Assembly: GCA_963663275.1 (NCBI GenBank)
Contig: OY760183.1
Span: forward strand, 2,464,001 to 2,528,000
Length of the DNA stretch: 64,000 nt
Direction: 5' to 3'
Source: Chloroflexota bacterium
GTDB taxonomy: Bacteria; Chloroflexota; UBA11872; VXOZ01
The translations under genes and the position numbers were made by a program. This document shows positions 1-8,538 of this stretch, in pieces (the first letter of the stretch is position 1; every line of letters starts with the position of its first letter). A model generated the notes under the pieces. The model worked only from the letters and a program-made list of their open reading frames with translations. It was not told the origin of the DNA and searched no databases.

Positions 1-28
1 AGTGCTCTTCCAACTGAGCTACGCTCCT
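1..28 (-). tRNA. tRNA 5' fragment truncated by window edge (Trp-like 5' end, anticodon not visible)
   Basis: Reverse complement AGGAGCG-TA-GCTC-AGTTGGAA-GAGC-ACT forms an acceptor 5' strand plus D arm. Confidence 0.75.
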
Positions 29-374
29 CTGCCCGCCGCGCCATTGCGCCGTAATTCTATCCTACTGGAAGATGGAAATGCCGTCAATGCAGGGCATGAA
101 GCCGGATAGGCGGGGACGCCATGAAGCGCTCTCATGCTGACTATTGGCCAGCCCACGGCGCGCCGGGTTGCGGTGCGGTCAGCCGCGCGCCAGCGCGTGT
201 GGACAAACGCTTGACGCCACTGTATGCTGAACCGAACGGAACGCGAATGCGGTTTGGCGCTTTGCCGCGCTTCCGCGTCCAACCGCCGCGACGCCCGTGT
301 TCTCGTGCCCAGGGCCGGCCGAGGGCACAAGACTTCGAGACCGACGTTTGCACACACCACAAGGCGCAGACACC

Positions 375-2159
375 ATGCCACAGAACACTTCGCCAATTGT
401 AGTCATCTGGGATAGCCAGACCGCCGCGCGCCTGTCCGGCTACGTGACCGAGATCTTGCACGTGGAGGGCTACAACTGGTTCGCGGTTCACGATCTCGCG
501 TCCGCTCCCCTTACGCTCGCGCAACTTGCCCGGCATCAGATAGTCCTGCTGACCGACGTGGTCGTGTCTGAAGAGGCGCAAGCCGCCATTCTCACGTATG
601 TCGATCAAGGGGGCGCTCTCATCGCGCTGCGTCCTTCCGAAGCGCTCGCGTCCGCTTTGGGCCTGGCTCCCTTCCACCGCGACATTGCGGATCGCTATCT
701 CGCCTTGAACCCAACCTGCGCCCTGAACGACGGCGTGGACCTGCCGCCGTTGCAGTTTCACGGCCAGGCCGAACTGTATCTCTGGCACGGCGAACCCGCG
801 CACGTGATGGCGTATTTCGCCGCCTCTCCCGATTACGTTACCAAGCACCCCGCCGTTACCGTTGGCAGGCGCGGACAGGGCGCGTGGGCGGTCTTCGCGT
901 ACGACCTTGCCGAAAGCACCGTGCTCCTGCACCAGGGACGGCGCGAGCAGGCGAGCACCGGCGCGTATCCCGATTACGACGGCGACCGCAGCTATAAGCC
1001 CAACGACCTGTTCGTCGGCCACCTGGATCCCGCCCTCTGCGCCCTGCCCCAGGCCGATTTGCAGCAAGACATGCTGGTGCGCATCCTCGAGTGGATGGCG
1101 GCGCTCAGCCAACCCCTGCCGCGCCTGTGGCACTTTCCTTCAGCCGCGCCCGCGGTGGCCTTCATCAACGGCGACGGCGACAGCATGGCGCTGTCTGACC
1201 TGACGCAGACGATTGCGACCGCGGACCGGTTCCAGATTCCCTATACGACCTACATCAAGATGGACGACCATCCGAAAGTCGAACCGGCCTACGCACGCGC
1301 GCTTCGCGGGCACGGGCATGACTTCGGCCAACACGCCTTCGCCGGCGCCAAGCCCACGCTGGATGAGATGCGCGGCCGGCTGCGCTACGAGATGAATGCT
1401 TTTCGCGCCCGCTACGGCCATGAGTCCGTCACGTACCGGGGGCATAGCGTCATCTGGGTCGGCTGGACCGAGATGGCAACGTACCTGCGGGAGAACCAGG
1501 TGCGGTTGGACACGAATTTCGCCGCGGCGCGCTACCACCACGCCGGTTATGTTAATGGCAGCGGCCTGCCCGTCAAGTTCATGGATGAAGAAGGCAGGCT
1601 GATCGACCTCTACGAGCAGACCACGATGTCCACCGACGACGGCTGGACCACCGATAAGATCTTCGCGCCGCCAATGAGCACCGCGGAGTGTATCGCGCTT
1701 TCCATGGAGCAGGCCGACGACGCCATAGACCGCTATCACACCGTCTATCACCCGTACTTCCATCCGCTGCGCACCCGCGCCGGGCCGACTTCCTCGCAGA
1801 CGTGGCTGGAAGGCGTCCTGCGGCACTGCCGGGAACGCGGCTTCCACTTCGTCAGCGGTGTGGATTGGGTCGATTTCAACGACGGACGGCGCGCGCTGCA
1901 ACTGGCGGCGTATGAATTCGAGCCGGAGTCCCTGACTCTGCGGTTCACCCTGGAAGCGTCGCTTACCGCGCAGGCCCTCTCGCTCGCGCTGCCTTACGCC
2001 TTTCGCGGCGCGCCCATGCGCAGCGCGACGGTGAACGGAGAGCCGCTGCCGGTTCACGCGCGCGAACTGGAGGGAAGACCGCAGGTTCTCTTGCCCGCCG
2101 ACTATGCGGCCGGCGCGCACTACGCGTGGGAGATCCGGTGGAGTACGGGAATCGACTAG
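375..2159 (+). CDS. Hypothetical protein: N-terminal GATase-like domain, polysaccharide deacetylase/GH57-like C-terminal barrel
   Basis: Long ORF with host codon bias; ATG at 375 preferred over 297; GDGD, HDFGQH, RGH and HPYFHP motifs resemble NodB-like metal hydrolases. Confidence 0.6.
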   Translation: MPQNTSPIVVIWDSQTAARLSGYVTEILHVEGYNWFAVHDLASAPLTLAQLARHQIVLLTDVVVSEEAQAAILTYVDQGGALIALRPSEALASALGLAPFHRDIADRYLALNPTCALNDGVDLPPLQFHGQAELYLWHGEPAHVMAYFAASPDYVTKHPAVTVGRRGQGAWAVFAYDLAESTVLLHQGRREQASTGAYPDYDGDRSYKPNDLFVGHLDPALCALPQADLQQDMLVRILEWMAALSQPLPRLWHFPSAAPAVAFINGDGDSMALSDLTQTIATADRFQIPYTTYIKMDDHPKVEPAYARALRGHGHDFGQHAFAGAKPTLDEMRGRLRYEMNAFRARYGHESVTYRGHSVIWVGWTEMATYLRENQVRLDTNFAAARYHHAGYVNGSGLPVKFMDEEGRLIDLYEQTTMSTDDGWTTDKIFAPPMSTAECIALSMEQADDAIDRYHTVYHPYFHPLRTRAGPTSSQTWLEGVLRHCRERGFHFVSGVDWVDFNDGRRALQLAAYEFEPESLTLRFTLEASLTAQALSLALPYAFRGAPMRSATVNGEPLPVHARELEGRPQVLLPADYAAGAHYAWEIRWSTGID

Positions 2160-2171
2160 CGGAAGCGGCGG

Positions 2172-2244
2172 TGACCCGGCTGGGACTCGAACCCAGGACA
2201 CCCTGATTAAAAGTCAGGTGCTCTGCCAACTGAGCTACCGGGTC
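2172..2244 (-). tRNA. tRNA-Lys(UUU)
   Basis: GACCCGGTAGCTCAGTTGGCAGAGCA-CCTGA-CTTTTAA-TCAGG-GTGTCCTGGGTTCGAGTCCCAGCCGGGTCA; CCA not fully encoded. Confidence 0.96.
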
Positions 2245-2378
2245 GTACTCCCAGTCTAGCAAACTGCGGCGTGCCACCTCAATGGCATAGTCCCTTTGGC
2301 GTACCGCCGACTTGCCCCGGAAGACGCCGGCCCGCGCGAAACGATGCAATCGAAATCTGCCTGTCGCCGCAGGAACTC

Positions 2379-3635
2379 TCAAGGCTGCCAGTAGAGCAGC
2401 CCGGCGATTGCGCCCGTCATGCACGTCGCCATGGTGCCGGCCAGGATGGACTTCAGGCCCAGGTTGGCGATTTCCAGCCGCCGTTCCGGCACGATCGCCC
2501 CAATGCCGCCAATCATGATGCCCAGACTGGCAAAATTGGCGAAGCCGCAGATGCTGTAGGCCATGATCAGCGCGCTGCGCTCGCTCAGGCTGCCCGGCGG
2601 CAGTTGCGACATCTGCACGTAGGCTACGAGTTCGTTGAGGATTACCTTCGTGCCCAGCAGTTGCCCGGCGGTCGCCGCCTCAGCCCAGGGCACGCCCAGC
2701 GCCCACACCACCGGCGCGAGAATCCAGCCAAGGATGCGCTGCAACGTCAGCGCCTCGCCCTGCACCAGCGGCGCCAGGCCCAGAATGATGTTCGCCAACT
2801 CCACCAGCGCCACCAGCACGATCAACATGCCGATGATGTAGGCGAACAGCCGCAGGCCGTCGAACGTGCCCCGGGTCAGCGCGTCGGCGCCGTTCTCGTA
2901 GAGGCGCTTGAACTCGACCCTGGTTTCCTCTACTTCCTCACCCGTTCGCGGCACCAGTATCAGCGCCAGCATGATGGCCGCGGGCGCGCTGATGATGGAG
3001 GCCGTCAGCACGTGGCCGGCCGGATCGGGGATGATGCCCTCCAGCAGCGTGACGTAGAGGGCGAAGACCGTGCCGGCGATGGTGGCCATGCCGCCGGTCA
3101 TGACGATGAAGAGTTCCGAGCGGGTCATGCGCTCCAGGTAGGGCCGCACCAGCAGCGGCGCTTCCACCATGCCGATGAACACGTTGGCCGCGGTGGCAAA
3201 GCTGGTGGCGCCGCCGATGTTCAACGTCTTGCTCAGCACCCAGGCAAAGCCCCTCACCACCCAGGGCAAGACGCGATAGTGGTAGAGAATTGCCGAGAGC
3301 GCCCCAATGACCACCACCAGCGGCAGGGAGCGAAAGGCGAAGACGAACGACGCGCCCGGAAACGACTCCTCGAAGGGAAGCGCGCCGCCGCCCAGAAAAC
3401 CAAAGACCAGCGACGTGCCGGCCTCGGTCGCGCGCACCAGCGCGTCCACGCCGTTGCCGATCCAAACGAACACGATCTGGGAGTTAGGGACTTTCAAGAG
3501 CAGCAACGCGAGGCCGAATTGCACGGCCAGTCCCACCAGGGCAGCGCGCCAGGGAAAAGCGCGGCGGTTCTCACTGACGGCCCACGCCAGGGCGATAAGT
3601 CCCAGTATCCCAATGACCGCCTGCAGTATCGCCAT
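2379..3635 (-). CDS. NupC/CNT family nucleoside transporter
   Basis: Starts MAILQAVIG; motifs AWAVSENRR, NVFIGMVEAPL, GMATIAG, NELVAY, CGFANFAS. Confidence 0.93.
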   Translation of the reverse strand: MAILQAVIGILGLIALAWAVSENRRAFPWRAALVGLAVQFGLALLLLKVPNSQIVFVWIGNGVDALVRATEAGTSLVFGFLGGGALPFEESFPGASFVFAFRSLPLVVVIGALSAILYHYRVLPWVVRGFAWVLSKTLNIGGATSFATAANVFIGMVEAPLLVRPYLERMTRSELFIVMTGGMATIAGTVFALYVTLLEGIIPDPAGHVLTASIISAPAAIMLALILVPRTGEEVEETRVEFKRLYENGADALTRGTFDGLRLFAYIIGMLIVLVALVELANIILGLAPLVQGEALTLQRILGWILAPVVWALGVPWAEAATAGQLLGTKVILNELVAYVQMSQLPPGSLSERSALIMAYSICGFANFASLGIMIGGIGAIVPERRLEIANLGLKSILAGTMATCMTGAIAGLLYWQP

Positions 3636-3967
3636 GAAGTGCCCGTCCTCTCCGGTTTTCGTTCGGCCGCTGCGGCAAACGGCATATAGACGAAAGTGCG
3701 TCGTGTCCACAGTGTAGCAAATCCGGTTCGCCTTCTCAATGGCAGAGCCGCGCACCCGGCAGGTCCGCTGGCGTGGGCCAGCCGGGCCGCTTCCAGTGCG
3801 GCGGAGCACGGCGCGAATCTCCGGCCTCTCCCTTGCGGAAACGCCTTCACCAAGCGGCCGTGGACGACCCCGCTCGTCATAGAGCGTTGGCCCGCTATCC
3901 TGTAGAATTACTAGTGGAAAGCGCGCTCTGCCGGTAAGCTGGAAACGGCAGCACGACAACGAGAAGG

Positions 3968-4786
3968 ATGAACTGGGTGAAAGCGCCGCCGGCCCGCGAG
4001 GTGGAACTCTTCGACCGCGACGCGGCCAACTTCGAGGCCTATCTCCAGAGTCCGCTGGGACGTCTGCGGACCGAGCTGATCTGGTCCGGGCTCGCGCCCC
4101 TGGTGGACGGGACGGACGCGCCGCACTACGTGTTGGACGTTGGCGGCGGCACCGGCGCGTTTGCCCTCCGTCTCGCCGCCCTGGGACACCGGGTGCTGCT
4201 GCTGGACCCGGCCCGCGCCATGCTGGAACTCGCGGCGGCCAAGGCCAAGCGCGAACTGGAAGCAACGGCTCGCGCCAACCTGCAAGCCCAGCAAGGGACG
4301 ATCGCGGATCTACGCGCCCGCCCGCTGTCGCGCAAGTTCACGGCGGTGCTCTGCCACAACATCCTCGAGTACGCCGTAGGCCCGCAGCACGTCCTCAGCC
4401 GCATCCGGCAACTCATCCGCGACGACGGCGTCGTGTCAATCGTCGCGGCCAACCGGGACGCCGAACCGCTGCGCACGGTGGTCAATCAACAAGACCCCCG
4501 CGCCGCGCTGCGGTTGCTCGCCAAGACCGTACACCCTTCCACGCTCTTCGGCGGCTACCGCCGGGTCTTTGCGCTGAGCGAACTGGCGGCTATGCTCGAC
4601 GAGGCGGGATTTTCTAGCGTGTCGCTGCGGGGCGTGCGGGTGGCGTGCGACTATCTCTCGCAAGACTGCCTCGAGCAGCAGGAGGGGTGGGACGCCGCCT
4701 TTGCCCTGGAGCAATCATTGATAACCCGCACACCGCACAAGTATCTCGCGCGCTACCTGCACCTCATCGCGCGGCCGCGCGCCTGA
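3968..4786 (+). CDS. Class I SAM-dependent methyltransferase (SmtA/CmoM-like)
   Basis: VLDVGGGTG motif I, LCHNILEY, C-terminal ARYLHL. Confidence 0.85.
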   Translation: MNWVKAPPAREVELFDRDAANFEAYLQSPLGRLRTELIWSGLAPLVDGTDAPHYVLDVGGGTGAFALRLAALGHRVLLLDPARAMLELAAAKAKRELEATARANLQAQQGTIADLRARPLSRKFTAVLCHNILEYAVGPQHVLSRIRQLIRDDGVVSIVAANRDAEPLRTVVNQQDPRAALRLLAKTVHPSTLFGGYRRVFALSELAAMLDEAGFSSVSLRGVRVACDYLSQDCLEQQEGWDAAFALEQSLITRTPHKYLARYLHLIARPRA

Positions 4787-4804
4787 CCCCAACCGCTGAA
4801 CTCC

Positions 4805-5860
4805 ATGACGACCATTGCGCAGCATACGCTCAAGCGAATCTTCCAGCCGCTCCTCATCCTGGTCTTTATCGCGCTAGCCGCGGCGTCTGCGCCGCCGCGA
4901 GCGCAGGCGGACGCGGCCGGCTTGCCCGACTGGGTGATCCCGTGGGGGCACTTCTACACGCAAACGAGCGGCGGCGCTGCCGGCGACGCCCTCGGCTACG
5001 CCGTGGTCGATGACGAAGATGCGCCGTTCTGGACGTCGTTCCAGCGGTTTGGCGGCCTGGCGGCGTTGGGCTATCCGATCTCGCAACGCTTCGAGCATCA
5101 CGGCATGGCCGCCCAGGCCTTTCAAAAGGGCATCATCCTCTGGGACGCCCGCTCCCAAAGCGCGCACCTGATGAACCTCTTCGACGAACTTTCCGCCGCC
5201 GGGGCGGATCCGTTCCTGGAGACCCACCGCCTCATCCCGCCGTCCGCCGACTGGTCGCAGGATGACGGGCAGCCGTGGGGGGTGGTCGTGGCCAATCACC
5301 TGGCGCTGCTGGAAGCCGACCCGGCAATCAAGGCGGCTTACTACGCGGGAGAAGCGCTGGGACTTGACGCGATAACGCTTAACGGTCTGCCGATGAGCAT
5401 CCGGGAGTACGACGCCGTGATCGTGCTGCGCGCGCAACGGCGGGCGTTTCAACACTGGAAGAGCGCCACGCCGTGGGCGCAAGCGGGACAAGTAGTGGTG
5501 GTGAATGGGGGCGAACTGGCGAAAGAGCTCAATCTCATCCCGGTGTCCGCGCAAGCGCCGGCGCCGGCCCCAGCGCCGCCGTTTGGCGCCGGCAATCCCG
5601 AATTGGGCGCCGCGCCCTACCACGCCGCCGGCTGCGTGCTTTGCCACGGAACGCGGGCGGAAGGCGGCATCGGGCCGGCCCTCGTGACCGTGCGGCTGGA
5701 CTTTCCCACGTTCGTCACCACCGTGCGCGCGCCGACCGGCGCCATGCCGTCGTATCTGGAGGAGCACGTCTCGGAGCAGGAGTTACGCGACATCCTCGCG
5801 TACGTCCTGTCGCAGGGCGCCGCTCCCCAAGCGGACGCGCCGCAAGATTCAGAACAGTAG
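4805..5860 (+). CDS. Secreted protein with C-terminal c-type cytochrome domain
   Basis: Signal peptide ending AQA; FGGLAALGYPIS surface-domain motif; CVLCH heme motif; distal Met in GAMP. Confidence 0.8.
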   Translation: MTTIAQHTLKRIFQPLLILVFIALAAASAPPRAQADAAGLPDWVIPWGHFYTQTSGGAAGDALGYAVVDDEDAPFWTSFQRFGGLAALGYPISQRFEHHGMAAQAFQKGIILWDARSQSAHLMNLFDELSAAGADPFLETHRLIPPSADWSQDDGQPWGVVVANHLALLEADPAIKAAYYAGEALGLDAITLNGLPMSIREYDAVIVLRAQRRAFQHWKSATPWAQAGQVVVVNGGELAKELNLIPVSAQAPAPAPAPPFGAGNPELGAAPYHAAGCVLCHGTRAEGGIGPALVTVRLDFPTFVTTVRAPTGAMPSYLEEHVSEQELRDILAYVLSQGAAPQADAPQDSEQ

Positions 5861-5962
5861 CGCAGGAAGTCCCCGCCGTCCCCTATGCCATCGGCGCTGC
5901 CCGGCCTGGCCTCTGGACTCCCTCTCCCTGGGAGACCTCTGCAAAACCCCTTCCCATCGAGG

Positions 5963-6110
5963 GCTGACAGGGGTAGGCACGTGTCATTCCGAGCGGAGCG
6001 AGGAATCTAGAACCGACGCTTTTGCAGCGAAAGCCTTAGATTCCTCTCTCCGCTGCGCTCCGCTCGGAATGACACGTGAAGTCGGATGTAGAATGCCTAC
6101 CCCTGTCAGC
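5963..6110. mobile_element. 148-bp MITE
   Basis: Perfect terminal IRs GCTGACAGGGGTAGGCA / TGCCTACCCCTGTCAGC; direct repeat CATCGAGG at 5955-5962 and 6111-6118; internal 23-bp perfect IR (5978-6000, 6056-6078). Confidence 0.85.
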
Positions 6111-6189
6111 CATCGAGGGGGAAGGTTGGGATGGGGGTGAGAAAAACTAACTCACTTTATCTCTAGTTGCAAGAGCGCCTTGGATTCCC

Positions 6190-7219
6190 TAGACTCACAA
6201 ACGAAGTGCAACACTTTGCTAAGGTGTTGCCATGGGAAAACAATACACACAACTTACCATTGAAGAGCGGTGTGAAATTGCCCGACTTCTCACCGCGAGA
6301 ACCTCGCACCGGCAAATCGCTGCAACTCTGGGTCGCGCGCCATCGACGATTTCGCGGGAGGTGAAACGAAATGGATCGCAATCGGCAGGCTATGAGCCAA
6401 AGTATGCCGATGATCAGGCGTGGGCGCGGTGCTGGCGCGGCAGCAAGCTGGAGCGGGATGCCGAGTTGCGGGAGGTGGTGTTGGGATACTTGCGGGATTG
6501 TTGGTCGCCGGAGCAGGTATCCGGACGTTTGGCGCGGGAGAACGGCGCGCCGGTCGTCTCTCACGAGACCATCTATCGCTTCATCTACGGGCAGCAGGCG
6601 CGCACGAAGGACGGTAACTGGCGGCATTACCTGCCGCGCGCCAAGTCCAAACGGGGCTGGCGCGGGCGAAAGGGCGGCAGTCCGGCCTCGTTCATTGCCC
6701 AGCGCCGACCGCTGGCAGAACGGCCCCAGGCGGCGGCAGACCGCCAAACGCCCGGCCACTGGGAGGCGGACCTGATGCTCTTTCGCACCTACGGTCAAGC
6801 AGTCTTGACCCTGCACGAGCGCCACTCGCGCCTGTTGCTGGCCGCGCGACCGCCCGGCAAGGCGGCAGCGCCGATCGCCACTATCCTGCACGACCTGTTC
6901 GCCGCGCTGCCCCCAGCGTGCAGCCAGACCGTCACGTTCGACAATGGCACGGAGTTCGCACAGCATTACCGCCTCCATGACTTGGGCATCCAAACCTTCT
7001 TCTGCGATACCCACTCGCCCTGGCAGAAAGGGGGCATCGAGAACGCCATCGGCCGCCTGCGGCGCCGGCTGCCGCGCAAGACCGACCTGGCACAGGTGAG
7101 CCAACAACGCTTTGCGCAACTGGTCCACGCCTACAACCACACCCCGCGCAAGTGTCTTGACTTCCAAACGCCAGCCGAAGTATTCATCAACCAGGTGTTG
7201 CACTTGAAATGTGAATCCA
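6190..7219 (+). mobile_element. IS30-family insertion sequence
   Basis: Imperfect 25-bp IRs TAGACTCACAAACGAAGTGCAACAC / GTGTTGCACTTGAAATGTGAATCCA; TTCC at 6185-6188 and 7222-7225. Confidence 0.9.
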
Positions 7220-7242
7220 CCTTCCGGCTTTCACCGGAATGA
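6232..7242 (+). CDS. IS30-family DDE transposase
   Basis: HTH (IAATLGRAPSTISRE), WSPEQ, HETIY, GHWEAD, TFDNGTEF, SPWQKGGIEN, PRKCL. Confidence 0.96.
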   Translation: MGKQYTQLTIEERCEIARLLTARTSHRQIAATLGRAPSTISREVKRNGSQSAGYEPKYADDQAWARCWRGSKLERDAELREVVLGYLRDCWSPEQVSGRLARENGAPVVSHETIYRFIYGQQARTKDGNWRHYLPRAKSKRGWRGRKGGSPASFIAQRRPLAERPQAAADRQTPGHWEADLMLFRTYGQAVLTLHERHSRLLLAARPPGKAAAPIATILHDLFAALPPACSQTVTFDNGTEFAQHYRLHDLGIQTFFCDTHSPWQKGGIENAIGRLRRRLPRKTDLAQVSQQRFAQLVHAYNHTPRKCLDFQTPAEVFINQVLHLKCESTFRLSPE

Positions 7243-7365
7243 CGGAGTTTTGCAAAGATCTCCTGAGGAGAGGGCCGGGGTGAGGGGACGATGTTGTCGC
7301 ATTGCGGTTGCGTTAGGGCTAATCCCCTGAACCGGCATTTAGTACGGCAAGCAGGTCAGCAGCAG

Positions 7366-7393
7366 GCGCAGGTTGCAAACCTGCGCTACCGGA
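7366..7393 (-). repeat. GTAG-type REP, family C
   Basis: GCGCAGGTTGCAAACCTGCGCTACCGG; same family at 23745 and 26526-26838. Confidence 0.8.
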
Positions 7394-7522
7394 GGTTTGG
7401 TACACCGAGACAGCCAGATTTCATACCAAAAGAGCCAGTGCGTCACCGGCAGCGTGAGGGGGGAGCGTTAAACCGGCCGCTTTTATCGATGCGGCGCAGC
7501 AATGCCGGGGCCGGGTACCGCC

Positions 7523-8344
7523 TTAGCTCTGTTCTCGCGCGCGGCGGCGGGCGGCTGCGCCCGTGATGCGCGAGAGGAGAATGCCAACCTCGTAGAGCAG
7601 GTACATCGGTATGGCTACCAGCGCCTGGTTGAACGGGTCCGGCGTCGGCGTAATGACCGCGGCCACAATCGCGCAGATGACGATCACGAACGGCCGCCAA
7701 CGAGAGAGCCGCTTCGTGTCGACGAGGCCGATGGCTGAGAAGAAGTAGATGAAAATGGGCATTTGGAAGACGAGACCGAGCGCGAGCATCATTCTGGCAA
7801 CGAAGTCAATATAGAATCTGACTCCAAGTGTGGTCTCGATCTGTTCGGAAACGAAACTCTGAGCGCCGGTGAGAAATCCCAGCGCAAACCGCAGCACGAC
7901 AAAGTAGCAAAAGGTCATCCCCACCAGGAACGCGAACGACGACGTAGGCACCAGCATGTAGAGGTAGCGGCGCTCGCGCCGCGTAAGGCCGGGCAGGACG
8001 TAGGCGCCAATCTGATACACCAGCACGGGCATAGCCCCCGCCACACCCACCATGAGGGCTACCTTCATGAATGTAAAGAGACCCTCCGTCGGCGAAAACT
8101 GGTGTAGTGGAAGGTCCGTGGGCAGCGGCTGCCGGAGGAATACGATGATGGGATCGATGAAGATAAAGGCAATTATCGTAAAGAACAACACCGACAGCGC
8201 GGCAATGAGCAGACGCCGCCGCAACTCGGAGAGGTGCTCTCCCAGCGTCATCTCCATGTCGAGGTCGGCTACGTCGTCGGGATGTCTGCCGTCGGGCAGT
8301 GTCTCCGGCGCTTTGTCGGAGCCTGCGGTCTCTTGCGTCGCCAT
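7523..8344 (-). CDS. tatC: Twin-arginine translocase subunit TatC
   Basis: MTLGEHLSELRRR, PGLTRRERR, ITPTPDPFNQ, LYEVGI. Confidence 0.96.
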   Translation of the reverse strand: MATQETAGSDKAPETLPDGRHPDDVADLDMEMTLGEHLSELRRRLLIAALSVLFFTIIAFIFIDPIIVFLRQPLPTDLPLHQFSPTEGLFTFMKVALMVGVAGAMPVLVYQIGAYVLPGLTRRERRYLYMLVPTSSFAFLVGMTFCYFVVLRFALGFLTGAQSFVSEQIETTLGVRFYIDFVARMMLALGLVFQMPIFIYFFSAIGLVDTKRLSRWRPFVIVICAIVAAVITPTPDPFNQALVAIPMYLLYEVGILLSRITGAAARRRAREQS

Positions 8345-8538
8345 GCGTGTATTCACTTCTCCTGCACTATAGACTTCACTCCTTAAGCTACACTGCGCGC
8401 GCGGGGACTTCAAGTAAGCGGCTCCGGGGCGCGCGTGCCTTCAGCGCCGGAGCAATGCTCCGGGCGATAAAGCGCGGTCATTGCCAAGGGACAACCGTGG
8501 CAATGACCGCACGTTTTCCAATCCGGATCCGTCCGTCC

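Larger units (their letters stand above)
5932..7262. mobile_element. Non-autonomous element with IS5-like termini enclosing a MITE and an IS30
   Basis: GAGACCTCTGCAAAAC (5932-5947) and GTTTTGCAAAGATCTC (7247-7262) form a 14/16 inverted repeat; flanks CTGG/CTGA; removal restores hairpin CCTCTCC-CTGA-GGAGAGG. Confidence 0.65.
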
